This document shows positions 10,227 through 18,923 of a stretch of 64,000 bases of DNA, piece after piece. A model generated the notes under the pieces. It made no database searches. It was not told the origin of the DNA and worked only from the letters and a program-made list of their open reading frames with translations. Origin of the DNA: Gammaproteobacteria bacterium (GTDB lineage: Bacteria; Pseudomonadota; Gammaproteobacteria; JASBUN01); contig JARRNJ010000023.1 of NCBI GenBank assembly GCA_037385045.1, positions 13,688-77,687 of the forward strand, in the 5' to 3' direction. The stretch's first letter is position 1; the number at the start of each line of letters is the position of its first letter. Made by a program: the position numbers and the translations under genes.

Positions 10227-11111
10227 TCAGCGGTGCAGGTCGCGCAGCGCCTGTGCCGCGTTGCGGTAGCCGATTTCAATCAACTCCCGGCCGCGGTGAA
10301 ATTCGTAGAAGGTGCAGCTGTTGCGTGGAATGTCGATGATGATGTCCGGTGAATAGGCGGCGAGCTTGAGGCGGGCGATGGTGTTCTGCATGGTATCCAT
10401 GGTCTTGGAGATGACGTCGAACAATCCCAGTTCGTCGGTTTCCTGTTGTCCCCAGCGCGTCTGAAGTTCTTCGACGAATTGCCGGATGCGCGTGCGGTAG
10501 TCGTCGGCGTCACCGGTGTCCGGCGCCGAGTCGGGTTTGTGCTCCGGCGCCGGCCGTTCCTTGGCGCTCAGGTTGACCGCAATGGTCAGGTCGGTGGCGT
10601 CGCGCAGCGTCGGCGCAATGGGGATCGGGTTCACCAAACCCCCGTCCACCAGGCGTCTGCCTTCATGGCGGTAGGGCGCGAATACGGTGGGAATGGCGAT
10701 GGAGGCGCGCACGGCGTCAAACAGTGATCCGTGGTTGAGCCAGACTTCCTTGCCCCGGTCCAGATCGGTCGCCACGGCCGTGAACGAGACCGGCAGGTCT
10801 TCGATGTTATGATCCCCGATCAAATCCTTCAGGACACTGATGATGCGTTCGCCCTTGAACAGGCTGTTGCGGCTGAAGGACGGATCGAGCAGCCGCAGCA
10901 CGTCCATTTTTTCCAATGCGGTGACCCAGCGGGCGTAGGTCTCCAGCCTGCCGGTGGCGTAGATTCCGCCGACCAGGGCGCCCATGGAGGCGCCGGCGAT
11001 CGAGGCGATTTCAAACCCTTGTTCCTCCAGGCACCGGATCACGCCGATATGCGCCAGTCCGCGTGCGCCGCCGCTGCCCAATACCAGAGATACAGTGTTT
11101 GCGTCGTTCAT
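10227..11111 (-). CDS. Patatin-like phospholipase (RssA-like)
   Basis: LGSGGARGLAHIGV, GASMGA, VDGG. Confidence 0.92.
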   Translation of the reverse strand: MNDANTVSLVLGSGGARGLAHIGVIRCLEEQGFEIASIAGASMGALVGGIYATGRLETYARWVTALEKMDVLRLLDPSFSRNSLFKGERIISVLKDLIGDHNIEDLPVSFTAVATDLDRGKEVWLNHGSLFDAVRASIAIPTVFAPYRHEGRRLVDGGLVNPIPIAPTLRDATDLTIAVNLSAKERPAPEHKPDSAPDTGDADDYRTRIRQFVEELQTRWGQQETDELGLFDVISKTMDTMQNTIARLKLAAYSPDIIIDIPRNSCTFYEFHRGRELIEIGYRNAAQALRDLHR

Positions 11112-11147
11112 GGTCGCCGCCGGTGACAGGCTGACAGATCGACCGGC

Positions 11148-11852
11148 TCAGTCAGCGTGACCGCCGAGCGGGTATTGCCAGGCGGGCCGTGTCATTGCCG
11201 ATTCGTCGCCATCGGTGAGAATCGTCCAGCCGGCCCGGCGCGCGACCGCCGTGAGTCGGCGGTCCGGGTGCACGGCGATGGGTGTTCGCACCGCGCGCAG
11301 CAGCGGCAGGTCGTGGATTGAGTCGGCGTAGGCGATGCAATCGTGGAGGTGACCGCCGAGTTCGAGGCACAGCGCGCCGCCATGCTCCACCTTGCTGGGT
11401 CCCAGCGGTTGTCGCAGCGGCGGCCGGGCGCTGAACCGGTCTCTGCGCCGCGCGCAAATGGTTGCGCACCAGGCGTCCATCCCGAGGCGTTGCGCCAGTG
11501 GCGCGGCGATGAACTCTGGCGCCCCGGTAAGCAGCGCGAGTCTGTGACCGGCAACCCGGTGCAGGTGCATTTGTGCAAGCACCGCACGGCGCAGGTGGAG
11601 GAGCAGAACTTCGTCGACGAATTGCCGCGCGAGTTCGTTGATTTCATTCACCCGCAGTCGGTATAGGTAGGCCTTGTTGGCACGCGCCACATGGCGTCCG
11701 AAGCGAGCGCTCCAACGGGCCATGAACCAGACCGCCGCGGCGGTCTGGACTGCCCCGAGTCGCCGATGGCGTCGCAGGTAACCGATGAATCGCGCCTCGG
11801 AGCTTGGATGGCGAAGCAGGGTTCCGTCCAGGTCCAGCAGTACGATAGTCAT
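11148..11852 (-). CDS. HAD-IB family hydrolase (phosphoserine phosphatase-like)
   Basis: DLDGTL motif I, LLTGA, K, YADSIHDLPLL motif IV. Confidence 0.88.
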   Translation of the reverse strand: MTIVLLDLDGTLLRHPSSEARFIGYLRRHRRLGAVQTAAAVWFMARWSARFGRHVARANKAYLYRLRVNEINELARQFVDEVLLLHLRRAVLAQMHLHRVAGHRLALLTGAPEFIAAPLAQRLGMDAWCATICARRRDRFSARPPLRQPLGPSKVEHGGALCLELGGHLHDCIAYADSIHDLPLLRAVRTPIAVHPDRRLTAVARRAGWTILTDGDESAMTRPAWQYPLGGHAD

Positions 11853-12500
11853 CTAACGATTGCTCTCCGCGGTGCGCATCTTGCGTCCGCGAAACTCCGA
11901 CAGATAAAACTCCGCGACCACGGGTATGCCGCGGACCAGGCACAGGGTCACGGAGGCGAAGACCAACAGCGGCGTGATGATGCCGGCAACTGCGGACCAT
12001 TGCGCCCACAGCGCAGGGTAAAGCGCGGGGAACGGCTGGAGCAGCAGGATCCAGGCGAAGGTGACGGCCTTGACGGTGCCGTACAGGCCGCGAATAAAAC
12101 GCCCGGCAACCAGGGCCCGCCCCCATTTTGTGCGCATCATGCCGAACGCCGTTTCGCCTCTGGCTGCCGCATGGCTGCGAATGGTGTCGACCAACACGCC
12201 GCGGGTGATGAACAATAGTGCCACCCATACCGGAACCAGGTTCAGGTCGGCCAGCACGATCCAAAGGACGTTTTCGACCACCCGGTCGACGGCGATGTCA
12301 TAGACCGAGCCGAACAGTGAGGCCTCGCCCCGGCGCCTGGCCACGTACCCGTCGAGCCCGTCGAGAATGATGACGACGATCAGCAGCAGCGGATCGAGCA
12401 ACTGCCACGAGGGCGCAGCCAGGTAGGCCATGGCGACCAGGACGAATAGCAGGATGAACCGTGCAGAAGTGATCAAGTTGGCCATGTCCCAATGTCCCAT
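11853..12500 (-). CDS. CDP-alcohol phosphatidyltransferase family protein
   Basis: ANLIT..R and DGLDGYVARRRGEASLFGSVYDIAVD (DG-x2-AR-x8-G-x3-D-x3-D); several TM helices. Confidence 0.92.
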   Translation of the reverse strand: MGHWDMANLITSARFILLFVLVAMAYLAAPSWQLLDPLLLIVVIILDGLDGYVARRRGEASLFGSVYDIAVDRVVENVLWIVLADLNLVPVWVALLFITRGVLVDTIRSHAAARGETAFGMMRTKWGRALVAGRFIRGLYGTVKAVTFAWILLLQPFPALYPALWAQWSAVAGIITPLLVFASVTLCLVRGIPVVAEFYLSEFRGRKMRTAESNR

Positions 12501-12684
12501 CCCCCGGTCGGTATGCCTTGGCCTGCGCGCACACTGCCGGCACGCTGCCCGCGTTAGTGGGGCGGCGCGTCGCGTAGGGCGCGCTTCTATTCATTGATAC
12601 TAGCAGCCGCCGGCAGGGGTTGCCCGTCGACGCCCCCCGCAGTGTAAGCGCAGGGACGCAGAAAACGGGGTTCGGGTGCCGACG

Positions 12685-13272
12685 TCAGGGATCGATGCGG
12701 GTGCCCAACACCTCGAGAAAACGGCGAATCCACTCGGGATGGGCGGGCCAGGCGGGCGCGCTGACCAGATTTCCGTCGACGCAGGCATTGGACGCGGTTT
12801 CGTTGACGTCGCCCCAGCGGCCTCCGGCCCGCACCACTTCCGGGCGCACCGCCGGATAGGCCGTACAGTGCTTCCCTTCGAGCACGCCGGCGGCGGCAAG
12901 AATCTGCGGCCCGTGACAGATGGCCGCGATGGGTTTGCCCGCTTCAGCAAAGTGGCGCACAACGTTCAGGACGCCTTCGTTGAGGCGCAGGTATTCAGGA
13001 GCGCGACCTCCGGGGATCACCAGGGCGTCGTAGTTTTCGGGGCGTATCTCTTCGAAGTCCTCGTTGACCGTGAAGTTGTGCCCCGGTTTTTCACTATAGG
13101 TTTGGTCGCCCTCGAAGTCGTGGACGGCAGTGCGCACAGTTTCGCCGGCCTTCTTGCCGGGGCAGACCGCGTGCACGGTGTGCCCCACCATCAACAACAT
13201 CTGGAACGGGACCATTACCTCGTAGTCTTCGACAAAGTCGCCGACCAGCATGAGAATGTTTTTTTCCGCCAT
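12685..13272 (-). CDS. DJ-1/PfpI family protein
   Basis: [27 protein letters not shown]. Confidence 0.93.
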   Translation of the reverse strand: MAEKNILMLVGDFVEDYEVMVPFQMLLMVGHTVHAVCPGKKAGETVRTAVHDFEGDQTYSEKPGHNFTVNEDFEEIRPENYDALVIPGGRAPEYLRLNEGVLNVVRHFAEAGKPIAAICHGPQILAAAGVLEGKHCTAYPAVRPEVVRAGGRWGDVNETASNACVDGNLVSAPAWPAHPEWIRRFLEVLGTRIDP

Positions 13273-13514
13273 CGTTGCAATCCCTCGTGGCTGCGGTGGT
13301 GTACACCAATAGAATTATCGAAGCAGACCGGTTGTGAGTGGTCAACCCTGCAAAATGAACGCTTGCGCCGCGGTTCGGCGGCAGGTCGATGGACTGTCGG
13401 GTGATTTTACAGGTTTACTGTGCGCGCCATCGGCGCCGTTCGCGATCAGCGCGCAACAGCATGAATTGCATAGTGTTTTGGCAATGTGCACGAATTCTGC
13501 ATGACGTCCCTGCC

Positions 13515-13877
13515 ATGAGCGGACTGCAATGGGAAAAGCTGGATTGGAGCACGGCCATGCGTCTTGCTCAAAATGATCCGGAGGCGTTCGAACGCTGCCG
13601 CAGACATGCCATCGACGCATTGATCGATCAGGCATCGGAAGATCAGCGGCACCGCCTGCGCTGTCTGCAGTGGCGCATCGACATGGTGCGCGAACGTTCC
13701 GCCAATCCGATGGCCGCCTGTATCGGCATCTATCGCATGATGTGGGACTCGTTTGCCGGGGATCACGGACTCATCGCCGCAATTCAGCGCGGCGGTGCTT
13801 TCGATCCCGAGGCTCCGGCGCCCGCGCCCACCCTCGCTCACGTACTGCCCTTCACCAAGCCCCAGGCCCGCGGGTAA
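13515..13877 (+). CDS. DUF3135 family protein
   Basis: LAQNDPEAFE..R, RLRCLQWRID..R, NPMAAC, MMWDS pattern. Confidence 0.75.
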   Translation: MSGLQWEKLDWSTAMRLAQNDPEAFERCRRHAIDALIDQASEDQRHRLRCLQWRIDMVRERSANPMAACIGIYRMMWDSFAGDHGLIAAIQRGGAFDPEAPAPAPTLAHVLPFTKPQARG

Positions 13878-13901
13878 CGCTCGACGACCTTACCCGCGGG
13901 C
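13866..13901. terminator. 12-bp perfect inverted repeat (possible bidirectional hairpin)
   Basis: GCCCGCGGGTAA (13866-13877), 12-nt loop, TTACCCGCGGGC (13890-13901). No U-tract. Confidence 0.35.
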
Positions 13902-14124
13902 GTGGTCGACGCATCGGCATCGGCCTTCGCGGCGACCGGCCGGCATATTGCCCCGGCGTCCGGGATGGTGGGGCGGGACCGGTGCGCCTGGACACTCCAG
14001 CGCCCGGATGAGGCGCTGGCCCAGCACAAACGGCACGATCAACATTCCGATGATCGTCGCCAGGTTCATCCATGCTTTGGGGGCCTTCCGCGCCGGCCTG
14101 CGTCTGGCTGGTGAAATATGCGGG

Positions 14125-14292
14125 CTAAAAGTCCCGATGTCTCCAGATGTCCTTGTCGCTGCGGCGGTCCTTGCCGGAACGCCGAGGTGTCTTGTCAGGC
14201 TCGAACCGCACCATCTCCCGGCGGTCGTTGAGTTTGCGGCGCTGACCCCGGCGCCGTTCGGGACCGCTGTAGGATTCGCTGTTGTCAGGCAC
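14125..14292 (-). CDS. Small Arg-rich protein (55 aa) with YxGPERR and DRR motifs; not in the ORF track
   Basis: Read by hand: VPDNSESYSGPERRRGQRRKLNDRREMVRFEPDKTPRRSGKDRRSDKDIWRHRDF*. AGGGG upstream of GTG. TTGCGT-N16-TATAGT promoter at 14370-14343 (minus strand). Confidence 0.75.
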   Translation of the reverse strand: MPDNSESYSGPERRRGQRRKLNDRREMVRFEPDKTPRRSGKDRRSDKDIWRHRDF

Positions 14293-14454
14293 GACTACGC
14301 CCCTGTGTGGGTAGTTGGAATAGTGGCAGGGGGGATAGCTTCACTATAGCAGTGCCCATAGACGACGCAAGCGTTTTCGCGGACCCGGCGGCAGGGCCCA
14401 TGCCGCGGGATTGCGACGCCGAGCACAGTTTCGCGGGCCGCATGTCCGCAGGAT

Positions 14455-14481
14455 TCAAGGCGGATGCCCGGTGGTCGATAT
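14455..14481 (+). promoter_or_regulatory. Putative sigma28 (FliA) promoter
   Basis: TCAAG-N14-GTCGATAT, close to the TCAAG/TAAAG-N14-GCCGATAA consensus. Confidence 0.55.
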
Positions 14482-14543
14482 GCGGGAATAGGCGGCAGCC
14501 GGCGCGCTTCCGCCGCCATCCAGCGACTTGGGAGAATGGATTC

Positions 14544-14702
14544 ATGTTGCAGTGGGCTCTGCTTGTTCCCGTCGGCCTCGGCCTGTTCGGCTTCGGCTAC
14601 TACATCGGCAACCAGCTCGGACGCACCGAGCACATTCGCGAACATCTGCGCCGGGTGCGGGAGGCGAAGCGCGCAGACGGCACGGAGTGGTCGGCGGGAT
14701 AG
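14544..14702 (+). CDS. Small single-pass membrane protein (52 aa)
   Basis: MLQWALLVPVGLGLFGFGYYIG hydrophobic segment then a basic tail. GGAG RBS. Confidence 0.6.
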   Translation: MLQWALLVPVGLGLFGFGYYIGNQLGRTEHIREHLRRVREAKRADGTEWSAG

Positions 14703-14768
14703 CCTGCCCGCCGGGGGCGAGGGCACGACCCGGTGCCGATTCCCCGCCCCGCAACCGGGAGAGTGAGG

Positions 14769-15314
14769 ATGACAGATTCGACGCGCTATGACGTGGTGTT
14801 CCAGGGCGTGCCGGTCGACAGCCCGGATGCGCATGCCGTCAAGGTGCGGCTGGCGCACCTGTTCAAGCTCGACCCGGCGAAGGTGGAGGCCCTTTGTGCC
14901 CAGGCCAGCGTCCGTGTCAAACGCGACGTGGACGGTACCGCCGCCGAACGCTATTGCCGGGCGGTGCGGGCCACCGGTGCGCTGTGCGCCGTGGTCGCAG
15001 TAGAGTCCGCGGTTGCTCCGGCGCCGCCACCGGCCACCGTCGCCGCAACGAACGCGGCGCTCGGCGGGGCCGATCTGGCGCCGGCCGGCGCCACGCTGGT
15101 CACACCCGCCGAAGTGGTCCCGCCCGAATTTGACTTGAGCGGTCTCACCATGGACGAACCCGGCGCGGACCTGGTTACCCATGCCCCGCGGCAGGCGCCG
15201 CAGATCGACACCGACCATATGACCCTGTCACCGGCCGGCGCAACGCTGGTCGAGCACGAACCCGTGGTTACGCCGGAAATCGACACCAGCGCGCTCAGCA
15301 TGGACTCCGACTGA
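14769..15314 (+). CDS. Hypothetical protein: L7/L12-CTD-like N-domain plus three 25-aa repeats
   Basis: YDVVFQG...VKVRLAHLFKLD...VKRDVD...AERY..A...GA N-domain; C-terminal L-PAGA-LV...P-D-S-L repeats. GAGG RBS. Confidence 0.7.
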   Translation: MTDSTRYDVVFQGVPVDSPDAHAVKVRLAHLFKLDPAKVEALCAQASVRVKRDVDGTAAERYCRAVRATGALCAVVAVESAVAPAPPPATVAATNAALGGADLAPAGATLVTPAEVVPPEFDLSGLTMDEPGADLVTHAPRQAPQIDTDHMTLSPAGATLVEHEPVVTPEIDTSALSMDSD

Positions 15315-15431
15315 CCTCCGCTTCGACGCTTGACGCCCTTTGGTGCCTGAACTATAGCAACAGGCAGGGACACCATTTGTTCGAGCCGCGGCCGATGCGG
15401 CTATCGGGTCTGTGGCGGGAGGTTCATCGCA

Positions 15432-15653
15432 ATGAACACGGTGCACATTTATATCAGCGAGGCGCTCGACAACCGGCACGTGCAGGAGCTGCGGCACGAT
15501 TTGCTGGACACTCCGTGGGTCAACGACGTCGAGATCAATGCGCAGTCGCCCCATGACATGCTGGTGGAGTATCAGCAGGAGCACATCACGCCCATGGCGA
15601 TTCTGCGCAAGCTCAATCGTTACGGCGTCCATACGGACGTAACCGCCTGCTGA
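15432..15653 (+). CDS. Small hypothetical protein, ferredoxin-like (HMA-like without CxxC)
   Basis: GGAGG RBS; 73 aa with a beta-alpha-beta-beta-alpha-beta pattern. Confidence 0.7.
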   Translation: MNTVHIYISEALDNRHVQELRHDLLDTPWVNDVEINAQSPHDMLVEYQQEHITPMAILRKLNRYGVHTDVTAC

Positions 15654-15689
15654 CCAGGGTGGCGGGTACCGGCGCCGACACCGCCGGGG

Positions 15690-16328
15690 TCAAGGATCTG
15701 CGCAGTGGGGTTTTTCCGTCCATGCGCACAGGTCGTAGAGTGCGCACTCGCAGCAATGGGGGCTGCGGGCGGTGCAGATGCCACGTCCGTGCAGGATCAT
15801 GGCGTTGGTGAATGCAGTCCAATGTTTTTGCGGCACCTCGGCCGCGAGTTCCTGCTCGGCCTTGTCGGCGTTGCGGGATTGAGCCAGACCCAGGCGCTGG
15901 CTGACGCGAAGCACGTGGGTGTCCACGGCAATGGCTGCTTGGCCGAAGGCGTTGCCCAGCACCATATGCGCCGTCTTGCGCCCGACCCCGGGCAGGGAGG
16001 TCAATTCCTCGGTTGTCCGCGGCACCTGGCCGCCGAAGTCGGCCACCAGCCGTTTGCAGCAGTCGATCACGGCGCGGGCCTTGTTCTTGTAGAAGCCGGT
16101 TGAATGGATTTCTGTCTCGAAGGTCCTGGTCCGCGCATTGGCATAGTCCGCTGCGTTGCGGTATTTCCTGAACAGCTTGGCCGTGACTTCGTTGACCCGG
16201 GCGTCGGTGCACTGGGCCGAGAGCAGGGTGGCGACCAGGAGTTCGAGCGGCGTGGAGAAATTCAGGTCAATCCCGGCGTCCGGGTAGGCTTTCAGGAGCC
16301 GTGTGGTGATTTTGCGCGCATCCGCCAT
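15690..16328 (-). CDS. nth: Endonuclease III
   Basis: ELLVATLLSAQCTD, HhH LPGVGRKTA, AVDTHV.RV, [4Fe-4S] motif C-x6-C-x2-C-x5-C. Confidence 0.95.
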   Translation of the reverse strand: MADARKITTRLLKAYPDAGIDLNFSTPLELLVATLLSAQCTDARVNEVTAKLFRKYRNAADYANARTRTFETEIHSTGFYKNKARAVIDCCKRLVADFGGQVPRTTEELTSLPGVGRKTAHMVLGNAFGQAAIAVDTHVLRVSQRLGLAQSRNADKAEQELAAEVPQKHWTAFTNAMILHGRGICTARSPHCCECALYDLCAWTEKPHCADP

Positions 16329-16418
16329 TGGCATCTCCGGGCCGTCCGCCGTTCGCTTGACGGCCAATATCCAGTATAGCCAAGCGGATCCCTCGTCCCC
16401 TGCGCGCGGGGGCATGAC

Positions 16419-16871
16419 ATGAGTCGCCGGGGCGGTCGAGCCACCACCGGTGCGGCGAAGCGTTCCGCGGGTGTCGTGATCACTCGCCCCCGAGACGGCG
16501 AGCCGGAATTTCTGTTGCTGCGCGCATACCGCAACTGGGACTTTCCCAAGGGTGAGGTGGAGGCCGGAGAGGAACCGCTCGCCGCCGCCCGGCGTGAGGT
16601 GGCGGAGGAAACCGGCTTGTCGGACCTGGCCTTCATCTGGGGCACGATGTTCTGCGAGACGCCGCCCTACGGGCGCGGCAAAGTCGCCCGCTACTACGTT
16701 GCCCAATCCCTGGGCGCCCGCGTCCATTTGCCCGTGAATCCCGCGCTTGGCCGGCCCGAGCACCACGAATTCCGCTGGTTGACATACCCCGAGGCCCGGC
16801 CGTTGCTGGTGGCCCGGCTGCAGGTGGTTCTGGATTGGGCCCGGGACACCATCGGTTCCCATGGCGGGTGA
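16419..16871 (+). CDS. NUDIX hydrolase (Ap4A hydrolase-like)
   Basis: SAG, WDFPKG, Nudix box GE....AARREVAEETGL, EH..FRW. Confidence 0.88.
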   Translation: MSRRGGRATTGAAKRSAGVVITRPRDGEPEFLLLRAYRNWDFPKGEVEAGEEPLAAARREVAEETGLSDLAFIWGTMFCETPPYGRGKVARYYVAQSLGARVHLPVNPALGRPEHHEFRWLTYPEARPLLVARLQVVLDWARDTIGSHGG

Positions 16872-16909
16872 GGGGTGCAGGAGCGGCAGCGGTCAGGGCG
16901 TCCGTTGTC

Positions 16910-17494
16910 TCAGACCCGGCACAGGGTCCGGCGCCAGTTGGGATTGGGATCGCCGTGTCCCAGTTTGATGAAGTTGGTCAAGCCCGGCTCCTGCCAGCCT
17001 TGCGCCGAGGCCAGCGGCTTGTCCTCAAAGCCCCACCAGGTTCCCGCGGCGTCCTGTGCGACCCACTGAATGCCCTCCGGGACGGCACTCTGATCGGCGG
17101 TCTCGGCGCTGGCCTGATGGCGGGCGCGGGCCAGCACTCGCTCAATTTCTGCCGGGGCCCCGGCAGTACCTGCCACCATGGTCGGTTGTGCCGCGGCGGC
17201 GTCGTCCGAATGAGACAGAAATCGCAGCTGGCAGTTACCGAGCGCGATAACATCGCCATGGTTCAAGTCGCGCTGAGCAATCTGCTCGCCGTTGACGAAC
17301 GTGCCGTTGGTGCTGCCCAGATCCTGAATGAAAACCGGTTCGTGAAACCAGACAATCTTGGCGTGATAGCCACTGACGGTCCGGTCATCGAGCCGCACGT
17401 CGTTGTCGAAGCGGCGCCCGACGGTCGTGGTGCCGCGGCCTAGCTGGATCTCCTCGGTTCCGTTCGGGTGGTGCTGGACGATGAGTCTGAACAT
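16910..17494 (-). CDS. FHA domain protein with a Trp-rich C-terminal domain
   Basis: VGR...ND, VSGYHA, DLGSTNGTFVNG FHA motifs; C-terminal WVAQDAAGTWWGFEDKP. Confidence 0.85.
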   Translation of the reverse strand: MFRLIVQHHPNGTEEIQLGRGTTTVGRRFDNDVRLDDRTVSGYHAKIVWFHEPVFIQDLGSTNGTFVNGEQIAQRDLNHGDVIALGNCQLRFLSHSDDAAAAQPTMVAGTAGAPAEIERVLARARHQASAETADQSAVPEGIQWVAQDAAGTWWGFEDKPLASAQGWQEPGLTNFIKLGHGDPNPNWRRTLCRV

Positions 17495-17638
17495 GGCTGA
17501 CCGTGCTGGCGTTTCATCCTGCCGGGGCGGGCCGGCCAAATCCCGTGGCCACGGGTTTGGCATCAGGGAGCCCGCCGCTGTGGTGCACAGCACAGACTAG
17601 GCATGAGCCGGGCAGTTTGCAAGCCCGGGCGCGGTGCT

Positions 17639-17665
17639 TCAGGGCGGGCGGCCGGCGGTCGATAC
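17639..17665 (+). promoter_or_regulatory. Putative sigma28 promoter
   Basis: TCAGG-N14-GTCGATAC upstream of the CDS at 17734. Confidence 0.4.
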
Positions 17666-17733
17666 GAAGGTGATGGGCCCGGGGGCGCGGGCGATGACGG
17701 GCAACCCGGCAGAACGTTAGAGGAGACCGATCA

Positions 17734-18447
17734 ATGGCGAATGCAGGCACATTGTTGATGCGGCGCCTGGCCCCGGCACTGGCCGCGGCCGGGCTGGCAG
17801 TCGCGGTCACGGGAGTGGGCACGGTCCGGGCCGATCCGCCGCCCTGGGCGCCTGCCTGGGGTCACCACAAGCACGACCGGGAACACGAGCACTCTCGCGA
17901 GCACGAGCACTCTCGCGAGTACGAGCACTCCCGCGAGCACGAGCACTCCCGCGACTACAAGCGCTACCGGGAGCATGAGCAGCGGCGGTACTCCCGGGAC
18001 GACGATGATGCCGGCGGTGCCGTGGCCTACCGGTCGGATTATATTCACAACGGGCGCTGCAACCGCGAGGCGCTGGGAAGCGTGGTCGGGGCGGTGGTCG
18101 GCGGCGCCGCGGGGTCCCGCATCGGCAAGGGCAACGGCCGCGTGGCGGCAACCGTGATCGGCGCCATCGTCGGTTACATGGTCGGCGGCACTGTGGGACG
18201 GTCCATGGACGCCGGGGACCGCGCCTGCGTGGGCCAGGCGTTGGAGTATAGTGCCCCGAACCAGCCGGTGGCGTGGCGTAACCCCGACAGCGGGGTTGAC
18301 TACCGCATCACCCCGCGGCGGACCTACCGCAGCGACGGCCGCTATTGCCGCGAGTTCACCCGCCAGGCGCTGATCGGCGGGCGCACCCAGACCGTCTATG
18401 GCACCGCCTGTCGTCAGGCGGACGGGTCCTGGAAGATCCAGCCCTGA
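17734..18447 (+). CDS. Glycine-zipper 17-kDa surface antigen-like (RT0821/Lpp0805-type) exported protein
   Basis: Signal peptide, PPPWAPAWG, glycine zipper GSVVGAVVGGAAGS..IG, WRNPDSG, YCREF, GTACRQADGSWKI. AGGAG RBS. Confidence 0.88.
   Translation: MANAGTLLMRRLAPALAAAGLAVAVTGVGTVRADPPPWAPAWGHHKHDREHEHSREHEHSREYEHSREHEHSRDYKRYREHEQRRYSRDDDDAGGAVAYRSDYIHNGRCNREALGSVVGAVVGGAAGSRIGKGNGRVAATVIGAIVGYMVGGTVGRSMDAGDRACVGQALEYSAPNQPVAWRNPDSGVDYRITPRRTYRSDGRYCREFTRQALIGGRTQTVYGTACRQADGSWKIQP
17884..17955 (+). repeat. 18-bp in-frame tandem repeat x4 encoding (H/Y)EHSRE
   Basis: cacgagcactctcgcgag x2, tacgagcactcccgcgag, cacgagcactcccgcgac. Confidence 0.9.
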
Positions 18448-18469
18448 TCCGCCGGTGGGTGGGCCGGGC

Positions 18470-18655
18470 CTACGGGCCCAGATCCGCCACCTGCAGCCGC
18501 GCCGCACGAACCGTGCACAACAGCTGCAGCAGGCGTTCGGCCTGCGCCCGGTCGCCGATCGGTCCCTGGGCCGTACCGTCCGGGTCGCGCACGTACCAGC
18601 CGCGCGCCCCGGCGCGGTAGACGCCCTGGGACCGCTGCGGTGCCTTGTAGCTCAT
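18470..18655 (-). CDS. Small hypothetical protein (61 aa, DUF6316-like GWY...GP motif)
   Basis: MSYKAPQRSQGVYRAGARGWYVRDPDGTAQGPIGDRAQAERLL. GGAGGGGA RBS. Confidence 0.6.
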   Translation of the reverse strand: MSYKAPQRSQGVYRAGARGWYVRDPDGTAQGPIGDRAQAERLLQLLCTVRAARLQVADLGP

Positions 18656-18923
18656 GGTGTTCCCCTCCGAATCCCCGCTCGTTGCCGTCGGCCGGGCCCG
18701 GCGCGGTGCCGGCATCCCCGCCCTTGGCGGAATCGCAGCCCGCCTGCTGCCTATTCCAGCCCGTGCGCGGTGCGCCGGCAATCCGTACTTCTCCCTATCG
18801 TCGGCGACCGGCGCCGTTGCCCGGCCGGTTTCACGCGTGCGGATTTGCCGCTATGATGATGACCCGATCAACCGCTCCGTTTGGGGCGTCCGACGCAGGC
18901 AAACGCCTGATGCCCGAGGACCG

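Noticed and set aside
13485-13502. sigma54 promoter upstream of DUF3135 (GTGCACGAATTCTGCA)
   Set aside because: The invariant -24 GG is TG here.
17884-17955. Possible CRISPR array
   Set aside because: The repeats are contiguous, in-frame and have no spacers; no cas genes in the window.
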